Below are positions 17,539-26,001 of a DNA stretch of 64,000 nt, in pieces. The stretch lies in NCBI GenBank assembly GCA_028704015.1, contig JAQVLT010000002.1, forward strand, positions 9,499 through 73,498, given 5' to 3'. Under the pieces are notes generated by a model, which saw nothing but the letters and a program-made list of their open reading frames with translations, did not search any database and was not told the origin of the DNA. Each line of letters begins with the position of its first letter. Position 1 is the stretch's first letter. The position numbers and the translations under genes are program-made. This DNA is from Patescibacteria group bacterium. Its GTDB lineage: Bacteria > Patescibacteriota > Patescibacteriia > Patescibacteriales > JAQVLT01.

Positions 17539-19236
17539 ATGGACAAAAATATTTATAAAAAAGAGATTGATGAATTGCTAAAAGTGAAGATTGGTTCGCG
17601 CCAAGATTTAATGGTAGCAAAAAGGAAAATTGCCAAGAAATATGGAATGGGAATTTTAACCAATTCTCAGATTTTGAGTTTTATTAAAAAACAAAATATC
17701 AAGAAAGAAACACCGGCATCTCGCCTTCTGGAAAATATTTTGCGTAAACGCGCGGTGCGAACGCTCTCCGGGATTGCTCCGGTCGCAGTATTAGTTAAAC
17801 CTTATAAATGTCCGGGAAAATGCGCTTATTGTCCAACAGAAAAAGACGTGCCGCAGAGTTATTTGTCAAACGAGCCGGCAGTGATGCGCGCGATTCGTTG
17901 TGATTATGATCCTTACACGCAAGTGCAAATGCGGCTTCGCGCTCTGGAAGCGAATGGACATCGGCCGGAAAAAATTGAATTGATTGTCATCGGCGGTACG
18001 TGGTCCTATTTGCCGGAAGAATATAAATTTTGGTACATCAAGGAATGTTTTCGAGCGGCGAACGAGTTTGTAAAAAATCAAAATGCAAAAATCAAAAGTC
18101 AAAATTACAATTCAAAATTAAAAACCTGCCTGCCGGTAGGCAAGGTTGAAAATTTAAAATTGAAACTTAAAAAAGAGCAGGAGAGAAATGAAAGTGCAAA
18201 ATACAGGATTATTGGAATTACGTTAGAGACCCGCCCCGATTATATTAATGAAAAAGAATTATTAGAGATGCGGGAGTTGGGTTGTACGCGCGTGGAATTG
18301 GGTGTGCAAGCGATTGATGATAAAATTTTAAATAAAAATAAACGCGGGCATGGTGTCAAAGAAATCGCGGCCGCGACAAAACTGCTGAAAGATTTCGGGT
18401 TTAAAGTAACTTATCATTTTATGCCCGGGCTTCCAGGATCAACGCCGGCCAAGGATTTAAAAATGTTTAAGCAATTATTTACTGATGAGCGCTTCCAGCC
18501 GGACCAAATAAAATTTTATCCAACCGTGGTGACGCGCGGCAGTTTGCTTTATCGTTGGTGGAAGGCAGGTAAATATAAACCATACTCAAATAAAATTTTA
18601 GAAAATTTAATTATTGCCTGCAAAAAAATCGTGCCGTCATATGTGCGAATAATTCGGTTGATTCGAGATATTCCGGGCGAGTCAATTATAGCCGGAAATC
18701 GCGTGACAAATCTGCGGCAGGTTCTAGAACAACGAGGCGTAAAGTGTAATTGTATTAGATGTAGAGAAGCACGTGGACAACAATTTACAATTAACAATTT
18801 ACAATTAACAATTCTAAAATATAAATCATCAGACGGAGAAGATTATTTTATTAGCGCGGACAGTAAAGATGGAAAAATTTTGTATGGATTTTGCCGATTG
18901 CGCCTTAAATCATCAAAACATGAAAACATTAAATCATTAAAACAAGATCGAGAAAATATGAAACTTGGTTTCGGGTACCCGAAACCAAGTTTCTTGGATG
19001 ACGCCGCGTTGATTCGGGAGTTGCATGTTTATGGAGAATTGGTGCCGGTGGGCGGTGGGAAAAAAGTTCAGCATGTTGGATTGGGAAAAAAATTAATGGC
19101 CGAAGCAGAGAGAATCGCGTATAAAAATGGTTTTAAGAAAATCGCAGTGATTGCCGGCATAGGCGTGCGTGGGTATTATCGGAAGTTAGGGTATCGACTG
19201 GAAAATAGTTATATGGTTAAGCAGTTACCTGGTTAA
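17539..19236 (+). CDS. elp3: Elp3-type radical-SAM/GNAT tRNA-modification enzyme
   Basis: Radical-SAM cluster motif CPGKCAYCP. C-terminal GNAT (HVGLGKKLMAEAERIA). Several repeat-derived in-frame inserts. Confidence 0.8.
   Translation: MDKNIYKKEIDELLKVKIGSRQDLMVAKRKIAKKYGMGILTNSQILSFIKKQNIKKETPASRLLENILRKRAVRTLSGIAPVAVLVKPYKCPGKCAYCPTEKDVPQSYLSNEPAVMRAIRCDYDPYTQVQMRLRALEANGHRPEKIELIVIGGTWSYLPEEYKFWYIKECFRAANEFVKNQNAKIKSQNYNSKLKTCLPVGKVENLKLKLKKEQERNESAKYRIIGITLETRPDYINEKELLEMRELGCTRVELGVQAIDDKILNKNKRGHGVKEIAAATKLLKDFGFKVTYHFMPGLPGSTPAKDLKMFKQLFTDERFQPDQIKFYPTVVTRGSLLYRWWKAGKYKPYSNKILENLIIACKKIVPSYVRIIRLIRDIPGESIIAGNRVTNLRQVLEQRGVKCNCIRCREARGQQFTINNLQLTILKYKSSDGEDYFISADSKDGKILYGFCRLRLKSSKHENIKSLKQDRENMKLGFGYPKPSFLDDAALIRELHVYGELVPVGGGKKVQHVGLGKKLMAEAERIAYKNGFKKIAVIAGIGVRGYYRKLGYRLENSYMVKQLPG
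18123..18147. repeat. family B palindrome inside the elp3 reading frame
   Basis: aacctgcctgccggtaggcaaggtt encodes TCLPVGKV. It sits in a ~100-nt AT-rich-armed insert (about 18076-18175). Confidence 0.65.
18960..18993. repeat. family A (GGGTACCC-core) perfect palindrome inside the elp3 reading frame
   Basis: gaaacttggtttcgggtacccgaaaccaagtttc encodes KLGFGYPKPSF. Confidence 0.7.
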
Positions 19237-19331
19237 ATTGTTAAATGGTTATATTGTCAAATTGTTTTATTATTTTATTATTTTTTATCAAAAAGAGCTC
19301 GCATCAAGAATTGAATTCAGGTGCGATTTTT

Positions 19332-19360
19332 TTGACAAAAATATTTGTTAGGAATATTTT
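19332..19360 (+). promoter_or_regulatory. sigma70-type promoter upstream of the prs-like gene
   Basis: TTGACA 19332-19337, 17-nt spacer, TATTTT. Confidence 0.4.
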
Positions 19361-19407
19361 ATAAGCAAGGAAGTTTTTACGAACCTTTTTCAGGATAAGG
19401 AGGAATT

Positions 19408-20442
19408 ATGTTTGTGCCAGCGAATGTCATGGTTTTTAGCGGAACGGGGAATCATGACTTGGCTCGTGATATTCTCGCAAAATTTGGCGAGCTGGGGTCA
19501 TGCAGGTTGCAGTTTTCGCATCTTAACATGGATACATTCCCGGATGGCGAGTCTGACCTCCGGATCCCTGACTGGAAAGATATTCGGGGCAAAACCGTCA
19601 TTCTTTTTCAGTCTATGCCGACCAGCGAGCTCGCGGACCAGTTTCTCGCACTTGCCTGGGTCATCAAACACCAGTATGGCGCCAGTGAGATCGTTGCGGT
19701 GGTGCCGTTCATGCTCTACCGCCGGCAGGACCACCCGGAAAACATGGATGAGATTCACCGCAACCTTTGGCTCATCCAGAATATGAAGGCCAACGGGGTG
19801 GACAAGTTGATTCTCTGTGACATCCATTCCGGAGTGACGCTCGCCAACTGCGAGAAAGTTGGCATTCAGGCATGGAACGTTGATCCCACACCGGCTTATC
19901 GCCAACATTTGCAGATGCGCCAGGACGTTGCCATGCGTGGCGGGCGAAAACTTTTTGTCTATTCACCGGACCGAGGTAGTGTTGGCCGTGCAGTGACCCT
20001 GGCCAAGGAGCTCGGAGTCGGAGTTGCCGTGACTCTGAAGAAACGGCTCCATAGCGGCGAGGTGATGATTGACGACGAAGCTAAAAAGATCATCGAGGAA
20101 TTGCGAGCCACTCACAATGTCGAGATCATCTTGGCCGACCAGACGCTTGCGGGCCAGAGCGTGGTCATGCGCGAAGACGAGCTTTCCACCGGTGGTACGG
20201 CGCATAAGACTGGAAGGATGCTCATGAACGATCTTAGGGTTCATGAGGTATTTTTTTGTGCTACGCACGCCGTCTGCGCACCGGGCTGGAAAAGAAAGCT
20301 TATTGATCGAAGCCCGTTCGCGCACATCTATCTCGGGGACACGATTGAACGGCCATATGCCAAAGCCACAGGCGGCATGGTGACGCCGGTGAGCATGGCT
20401 GGAGTGATCGCGGTTACGCTTTTCGAGGTATTAAGCCGCTAA
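19408..20442 (+). CDS. divergent ribose-phosphate pyrophosphokinase-like protein (GC-rich island)
   Basis: Prs-like layout: FPDGE...I, YRRQD, CDIHS, and a C-terminal PRPP-loop-like REDELSTGGTA. SD aaggagg. Confidence 0.6.
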   Translation: MFVPANVMVFSGTGNHDLARDILAKFGELGSCRLQFSHLNMDTFPDGESDLRIPDWKDIRGKTVILFQSMPTSELADQFLALAWVIKHQYGASEIVAVVPFMLYRRQDHPENMDEIHRNLWLIQNMKANGVDKLILCDIHSGVTLANCEKVGIQAWNVDPTPAYRQHLQMRQDVAMRGGRKLFVYSPDRGSVGRAVTLAKELGVGVAVTLKKRLHSGEVMIDDEAKKIIEELRATHNVEIILADQTLAGQSVVMREDELSTGGTAHKTGRMLMNDLRVHEVFFCATHAVCAPGWKRKLIDRSPFAHIYLGDTIERPYAKATGGMVTPVSMAGVIAVTLFEVLSR

Positions 20443-20468
20443 CCTCGGAATACAGCGATTTCTTCATA

Positions 20469-20501
20469 GGTATCCGACGAACATCGGGTACCTCTTTTTT
20501 T
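20469..20501 (+). terminator. rho-independent terminator
   Basis: ggtatccga / tcgggtacc stem, followed by tcttttttt. Confidence 0.6.
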
Positions 20502-20570
20502 GACAAAAAATGTGTATTTGATAAGGTTAAAGTAAATAGTAAAAGTTTAAAGATTAAGTAATTTAGAAAT

Positions 20571-20960
20571 ATGACTAAGATTATAATTGTTTCCGGGCCG
20601 GTGATTGTGGAAAATAACAAAGTACTTTTAGATATTTCTAGCGGCGATAATTTTTGGAAATTTTGTGGTGGTAAAATTAAAGATGAGGAAGATTTAGTTA
20701 TGGCGGCTAAAAGGCGAGTAAAAGAAGAATTAAATATTGAAATTAATATAATAAATAAAGAACCTTTTTTATTATGTGTTAAAAAACCAGGAGATGAGAA
20801 TGTTGATGTTATTTTAGTTCATTTTTTAGCTGAGCGTATCGGAGAAATTAAGCCCGGCGAAGATATTCGCGAGTGGGGCTGGATAGATATGAATAGTTTA
20901 CCTGAAAATTTGGGGCCGAATATTTTGCCGGCATTGAAGCATTTTGGATTTATAAAATAA
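20571..20960 (+). CDS. NUDIX hydrolase
   Basis: Nudix box GGKIKDEEDLVMAAKRRVKEELNI. Confidence 0.75.
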   Translation: MTKIIIVSGPVIVENNKVLLDISSGDNFWKFCGGKIKDEEDLVMAAKRRVKEELNIEINIINKEPFLLCVKKPGDENVDVILVHFLAERIGEIKPGEDIREWGWIDMNSLPENLGPNILPALKHFGFIK

Positions 20961-21106
20961 TTTGAATTTATTAAAAATAAATGGGGCAAAAATCAGCCCT
21001 TTTTTGTTTTGACTAAAAGGGTTTTTTTTATTAAGATATTAATATATTAAGTTTTTTTGGCTAGTACTTTCAATCCTGGCGATTTGAGCCGGGGAAGGAG
21101 GGAACA

Positions 21107-21403
21107 ATGATAGGCCAGATATTGCGGCAGATTTTTTCACCTCGCAGGTTGCCGGACGTAAAGGTTACCTATTACGTGAGGCCGGTAAAATATGAATTTC
21201 CCGAAGAACCTCAGGACGTTCATGAGGCGGTGATGACTTTTCCTTGTGGCGCTTTCAGCATAGTCGCCACCGGGAAAAAGGAAGATTTGGTGTCGGCAAA
21301 ATGTCCGACTAAGTTCGGCTGGGTCAGGGCGGCCATGGAAGAGATTGGATGCTCGACCTGTAAGAGAGAAACTTGTCGGGTTCGCCGCGAAGTTCAAGGC
21401 TAG
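21107..21403 (+). CDS. hypothetical small Cys-containing protein (GC-rich island)
   Basis: SD gaaggaggg. C-terminal CSTCKRETC. An AT-rich hairpin terminator lies at 21412-21435. Confidence 0.45.
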   Translation: MIGQILRQIFSPRRLPDVKVTYYVRPVKYEFPEEPQDVHEAVMTFPCGAFSIVATGKKEDLVSAKCPTKFGWVRAAMEEIGCSTCKRETCRVRREVQG

Positions 21404-21526
21404 CAGAAATAACTATTCATTTCCATATGAATAGTATTTTATCTTTAATAAATTTAAAATAGATATGATATAATTTATCGCTAATTTTAAGTCGTTTGAT
21501 TTTTAAATTTTTAATATTTTAAAACT

Positions 21527-22774
21527 ATGTTAAATTATAAATTTTTAGCCGAGCACGATCCAGAAGTAATGGCAGTTGTCAAAAAAGAAATGAAGCGGCA
21601 GATCGAAGAAATGGAAATGATTGCTTCGGAAAATTATGTTTCCAAGGCAGTACTTGAAGCTATGGGTACGGTGCTTACTAATAAATATAGCGAAGGTTAT
21701 CCGGGGCATCGTTATTATGGCGGCAATCAAGTGATTGACGAAGTGGAAAATATCGCGATTGAACGCGCCAAAAAATTATTTAGCGCCGAACACGTAAATG
21801 TACAACCGCTTTCCGGTTCGCCTGCTAATGCTGCGGTATATTTTGCATTTTTAAAACCGGGCGAAAAAGTAATGGGTCTGCGGCTTGATCATGGCGGGCA
21901 TTTGTCGCATGGCCATCCGGTAAATTTTTCCGGCATGCTTTATAATTTTGTTCAATATGAAGTTGATTCGGAAACCGGGAAGATTGATATGGAAAAAGTT
22001 AGAGAAATAGCACTCCGTGAAAAGCCGAAAATGATTGTCGCTGGTTATAGCGCCTATTCGCGCGAGATTGAATGGCAAAAGTTTAAAGATATCGCCGATG
22101 AAGTGGGGGCATTCACTTTTGCCGATATTGCTCATACGGCCGGTTTGATTGCGGCGGGCGAAATGAATAACCCAGTGCCTTTTTTTGACGTGGTTACAAC
22201 CACTACGCATAAAACTTTGCGTGGCCCACGCGGCGCTATGATAATGTGCAAAGAGCGGTTTGCTAAGCAAGTCAACCGCGCAGTTTTCCCGGGAATGCAA
22301 GGCGGACCGCATGATCATATTAATGCGGCTAAAGCTGTAGCATTTGGTGAGGCGTTAAAACCGGAATTCAAAATTTACGCCAAGCAAGTGGTTGCTAACT
22401 GCAAAGTTTTATCCGAAGAATTTATTAAGCGCGGCTACCGTGTGATTTCCGGCGGCACAGATAATCATTTGATCGTGGTTGATATGACGAGCAAAGGACT
22501 TTTGGGCAAGGAAGCGGAAGTAATTTTGGATCGCATTGGCATTTCGGTTTCACGCTCCACTATTCCAAATGATCCAAATCCGCCGATGAATCCATCGGGT
22601 GTTCGTTTTGGCACCCCGGCGATTACCACTCGCGGCATGAAAGAAAACGAAATCAGGAAAATTGCCGAATGGATAAATGACGCAATAGAACAAAAAGAAG
22701 AAATCGAGCTCTTAGATAAAATCAGAATTGAAGTTAAAGAAATGTGTGAAAGATTTCCGGTGCCTAGTATATAA
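21527..22774 (+). CDS. glyA: serine hydroxymethyltransferase
   Basis: Full-length SHMT with the PLP-Lys region TTTTHKTLRGPRG. Confidence 0.95.
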   Translation: MLNYKFLAEHDPEVMAVVKKEMKRQIEEMEMIASENYVSKAVLEAMGTVLTNKYSEGYPGHRYYGGNQVIDEVENIAIERAKKLFSAEHVNVQPLSGSPANAAVYFAFLKPGEKVMGLRLDHGGHLSHGHPVNFSGMLYNFVQYEVDSETGKIDMEKVREIALREKPKMIVAGYSAYSREIEWQKFKDIADEVGAFTFADIAHTAGLIAAGEMNNPVPFFDVVTTTTHKTLRGPRGAMIMCKERFAKQVNRAVFPGMQGGPHDHINAAKAVAFGEALKPEFKIYAKQVVANCKVLSEEFIKRGYRVISGGTDNHLIVVDMTSKGLLGKEAEVILDRIGISVSRSTIPNDPNPPMNPSGVRFGTPAITTRGMKENEIRKIAEWINDAIEQKEEIELLDKIRIEVKEMCERFPVPSI

Positions 22775-22778
22775 ATAA

Positions 22779-22815
22779 ACCTCTCCCCCAGCCCCTCTCC
22801 TAGTCAGGAGAGGGG
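22779..22815. repeat. family C hairpin, left flank of the DUF559 gene
   Basis: acctctccccca g cccctctcc tagtca ggagagggg. Confidence 0.6.
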
Positions 22816-22832
22816 AGATAAATTTTTAGTTT

Positions 22833-23183
22833 ATGAAAAATAGCCGAGTTTTGATGATGGCGAAAATTTTAAGAAAACAAATGACGCCAGCAGAGAAAAT
22901 TTTGTGGGAAAAATTAAGGAGGGGCGTGCTAGGTAAAAAATTTAGAAGACAAATGCCATTTGTTTTTGGCGCCTATTATTATGTTGCTGATTTTTATTGC
23001 GCAGAATGTAAATTAATTATAGAAATTGACGGCGATATTCATAATTTGGGAGAAATAAAAGAGCACGACGATTTTCGCGAGGATGTTTTTAAAGAAATGG
23101 GTTATGAAATATTAAGATTTAAAAACGAAGAAGTGTTAAATAATATCAGAAGTGTTGTTGAAAAAATAAAAAAATTAATTTAG
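22833..23183 (+). CDS. DUF559 endonuclease-domain protein
   Basis: Pattern typical of DUF559 (Vsr-like fold): MTPAEKILWEKLR...FRRQ...YVADFYC...IIEIDGDIH. Confidence 0.7.
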   Translation: MKNSRVLMMAKILRKQMTPAEKILWEKLRRGVLGKKFRRQMPFVFGAYYYVADFYCAECKLIIEIDGDIHNLGEIKEHDDFREDVFKEMGYEILRFKNEEVLNNIRSVVEKIKKLI

Positions 23184-23185
23184 TT

Positions 23186-23219
23186 CCCTCTCCTGGCTAG
23201 GAGAGGGACAGAGAGAGGT
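23186..23219. repeat. family C hairpin, right flank of the DUF559 gene
   Basis: ccctctcc tggcta ggagaggg aca gagagaggt, ending at the folD ATG. Confidence 0.6.
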
Positions 23220-24065
23220 ATGCAAATTATTGATGGAAAAAAAATAGCGGAAAAAATAAAAGATCAAGTGACGAAAAAAATTTTTGCGCTCAAGGAGGCA
23301 CGGCCGAACTTGGCGATTATTTTAGTTGGCGAACGCGAGGATTCTAAGCTTTATGTCAATATGAAAGAGCGGGAGGCGAAGAAAGTCGGCATTGATACAC
23401 ATATTTATCGCTGCGAAGCGGACATAAGCGAAGTGGAAATTATTAAAACAATTGAATTTTTAAATAATGATAATTTGATTGACGCGATTTTGGTTCAGCT
23501 TCCCCTGCCATCCGGTTTTGATACTGATAAGATTATTGCCAAGATCGATCCGAAAAAAGATGTTGATTGTTTTCATCCGGAAAATGTAAAAATATTATTA
23601 AGCACTTGCAATCACGAGGAAGTGATTCCGCCACTCATTAAGGTGGTATTGGAAATTTTAGGAAGTATTAAGTGTAATTTAGTTAAGAAAAAAGTCTGCG
23701 TAATTGCCAATTCTGATATTTTTGGCAAAAGCATGGCGAAGGTTTTGGAATGTCGCGGCGCAGAAGTAGAAATTACCGCGAGTGATCAAGAAGATTTAAA
23801 AAATAAAACTTGCAAGGCTGATATTTTAATCACCGCCATAGGCAAACCAAAATTTATTAAGAAAGATTTTATAAAAAAGGACGCGGTGGTAATTGATATT
23901 GGTATAACCAAGGAAGGTGAAAAGGTTTTTGGCGATGTGGACTTTGAAGATGTAAAAGATACAGTTGGATTTATTACGCCGGTGCCGGGCGGAGTCGGGC
24001 CGATGACAATTGCGATGCTGTTTAAGAATACGCTTGAGTTATATAAACGGAGACATGAATTATAG
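23220..24065 (+). CDS. folD: bifunctional methylenetetrahydrofolate dehydrogenase/cyclohydrolase
   Basis: Full-length FolD (YVNMKEREAKKVGI...; TPVPGGVGPMTIAML). Confidence 0.9.
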   Translation: MQIIDGKKIAEKIKDQVTKKIFALKEARPNLAIILVGEREDSKLYVNMKEREAKKVGIDTHIYRCEADISEVEIIKTIEFLNNDNLIDAILVQLPLPSGFDTDKIIAKIDPKKDVDCFHPENVKILLSTCNHEEVIPPLIKVVLEILGSIKCNLVKKKVCVIANSDIFGKSMAKVLECRGAEVEITASDQEDLKNKTCKADILITAIGKPKFIKKDFIKKDAVVIDIGITKEGEKVFGDVDFEDVKDTVGFITPVPGGVGPMTIAMLFKNTLELYKRRHEL

Positions 24066-24094
24066 CTTTTAGATTTTAGGATTTGAAGAAAAAG

Positions 24095-24120
24095 ACCTGC
24101 TTATAAGAAGCGGGTTTTTT
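24095..24120 (+). terminator. rho-independent terminator of folD
   Basis: acctgctt / aagcgggt stem plus tttttt. Confidence 0.6.
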
Positions 24121-24122
24121 GT

Positions 24123-24151
24123 TTGACAAGTTTGACTAGTTAGCATAATTT
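24123..24151 (+). promoter_or_regulatory. sigma70-type promoter upstream of pyrK-pyrD
   Basis: TTGACA 24123-24128, then CATAAT (15-nt spacer) or TAATTT (17-nt spacer). The string gttagcataattt recurs upstream of tRNA-Arg at about 33131. Confidence 0.45.
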
Positions 24152-24216
24152 TAAATTAACACAAGAACTGAACGAACCTTCACATTTATGAACTCTAAAG
24201 GCAAGGAGAAGGTGCC

Positions 24217-25950
24217 ATGTTTCATCAATTTTTGACCCGTGAGTTGTACAGTTGCGAAGAGGTAAGACCCGGGATTATCCGTCTGGCATTTTTTTGCAGC
24301 CAGGATTCAATGCCGGCACCAGGTCAATTTTTTGTTATAAAACCTTTTTCCGGGGTTATGCGCCGGCCGTTTTCCGTCGCCGAGCTTGGCGAGGGAATAG
24401 TGTCTTTGTATATACGGGTGGTGGGTAAAAATACCTTGGCATATTCCCGTCTGAAAAAAGGTGACAAAATTGAAATGGCGGGGCCGAAAGGGCGGCCGAT
24501 TGTTTTGGCGCCGGAATTGGAAAATTTGATTTTGGTCGCCGGCGGCATTGGCTTTGCGCCGTTCCTGTTTTTGCTTAAAGAAGCGGTGCGGCAAGGCAAG
24601 AAGGTCACAATTTTGCTCGGCGCGAAAAACAAAAGCCAGCTTTTCTCGGCTCCTTTCAAGGGATGGGGCGCGGCCGTGGAAACAATCACTGATGCAGACG
24701 GCTTCGTTACCGATTTGCTGGCCGGTTATCTCAAGAGCGATGCCGGCAAATCGGCGGTAATCGCCTGCGGACCGGTGGCGATGTTGGCGAAGACTGCTGA
24801 GATGTGTGCGGCCAGAAGCAATCCTTGCCAGGTCATCATGGAGGAAATGATGGCCTGCGGCGGCACGGGAGCCTGTAAAAGCTGTGCGGTTTTTGGCAAG
24901 GACGGTAGCGTCAAATACGTCTGCCAGGATGGCCCAGCTTTCCCGGCAAAATGGGTGGACTGGCCAAGACTTGAACAGCGTTTCAAGGTTATTTCACTAC
25001 CAGAGTCCTCGCCACATAGAGCCAATCCGTTGGCAATAGTCCTTCGCGGGCAACATGGTAGACAGCTTGTGCTTCGTTCGCCTCTTTTGCCTGCATCGGG
25101 TTGTTTTGACATCGGCCATGAAGGACCTACGGCTGAAATCGCAAGCGCCGGTGCTTTGATTTCCAAGGGTATAAAACCCCAGGTGACCAGCGGCAACCAG
25201 ACGCCTCGAGTTTGTGAGGTAAACGGCGGGATGCTCAATTCCATCGGTCTTGCCGGCCCAGGGATTGATGCGTTCATCGCCGAGCACCTGCCTTTTTGGC
25301 TGGCGACTGGATTGCCGGTGTTTGTGAACATCGCCGGTGCAACGATTGAGGACTATGAGGTAAACGCGGACAAGCTGGCGGGCACGGGAATCGCAGGCGT
25401 GGAAGTCAATGTCTCTTGTCCAAACCTCAAAAAAGGCGGAATGGCGTTTGGTACGTTGCCTATTGCCATCTACGAAATCACCAGCCGAGTGCGCCAGAAA
25501 TTACCCCATGCTTTTATCATCGTCAAGCATACGCCGCGCGCCATGGGCAACATCGTGATGGCAGCGCGGGCAGCGCGGGATGGCGGAGCAGATGCCAACT
25601 CCCTGATCAATACCATTCCGGCCCGGGCGATTGATATTCGTACCAGGAAGCCAAAGCTTGGCGCTGGTAGCGGCGGATTTTCTGGGCCAGCGATTCTGCC
25701 GATCGCCGTTCAACTCGTGTACGAGTTGGCCAAAGCCAATCTCGGCATCCCGATTATTGGCTGCGGTGGCGTTAATGACCCGGATGGCGCGACCCAGTTG
25801 ATTCTCGCTGGTGCGAGCGCGGTTGCGATCGGTGCAGGGCTTTTTGCCCAGCCCGATCTTTTGACTAAGATCGCCAGGTTTTGGAAAGAGGAATATCTTC
25901 CGTCGCAAGGAGTATATTCCATCCAGGATTTGGTCGGGAAAGGAGAATAA
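24217..25950 (+). CDS. pyrD: fused dihydroorotate dehydrogenase: PyrK electron-transfer domain + class 1B PyrD catalytic domain
   Basis: N-terminal half: RPFS FAD site, GGIGFAP, and the 2Fe-2S Cys cluster CGGTGACKSC...C. C-terminal half: LNSIGLAGPG, NVSCPN active-site Cys, GCGGV. One uninterrupted 577-aa ORF. Confidence 0.8.
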   Translation: MFHQFLTRELYSCEEVRPGIIRLAFFCSQDSMPAPGQFFVIKPFSGVMRRPFSVAELGEGIVSLYIRVVGKNTLAYSRLKKGDKIEMAGPKGRPIVLAPELENLILVAGGIGFAPFLFLLKEAVRQGKKVTILLGAKNKSQLFSAPFKGWGAAVETITDADGFVTDLLAGYLKSDAGKSAVIACGPVAMLAKTAEMCAARSNPCQVIMEEMMACGGTGACKSCAVFGKDGSVKYVCQDGPAFPAKWVDWPRLEQRFKVISLPESSPHRANPLAIVLRGQHGRQLVLRSPLLPASGCFDIGHEGPTAEIASAGALISKGIKPQVTSGNQTPRVCEVNGGMLNSIGLAGPGIDAFIAEHLPFWLATGLPVFVNIAGATIEDYEVNADKLAGTGIAGVEVNVSCPNLKKGGMAFGTLPIAIYEITSRVRQKLPHAFIIVKHTPRAMGNIVMAARAARDGGADANSLINTIPARAIDIRTRKPKLGAGSGGFSGPAILPIAVQLVYELAKANLGIPIIGCGGVNDPDGATQLILAGASAVAIGAGLFAQPDLLTKIARFWKEEYLPSQGVYSIQDLVGKGE

Positions 25951-25957
25951 AAAAAAC

Positions 25958-25990
25958 AAGGTCGGTTTGCATGAACGCAAATCCGACCTT
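25958..25990. terminator. bidirectional terminator between convergent pyrK-pyrD and pyrC
   Basis: aaggtcggtttgc atgaac gcaaatccgacctt, flanked by an A-run and a T-run. Confidence 0.7.
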
Positions 25991-26001
25991 TTTTATTTCC
26001 G

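Noticed and set aside
24152-24216. A possible PyrR-binding attenuator upstream of pyrK-pyrD, and a purine or ZTP riboswitch upstream of purM (31090-31182).
   Set aside because: I could not find the conserved PyrR loop, or the purine or ZTP riboswitch core sequences, by eye. Only generic hairpins are present. An Rfam scan would be needed to be sure.
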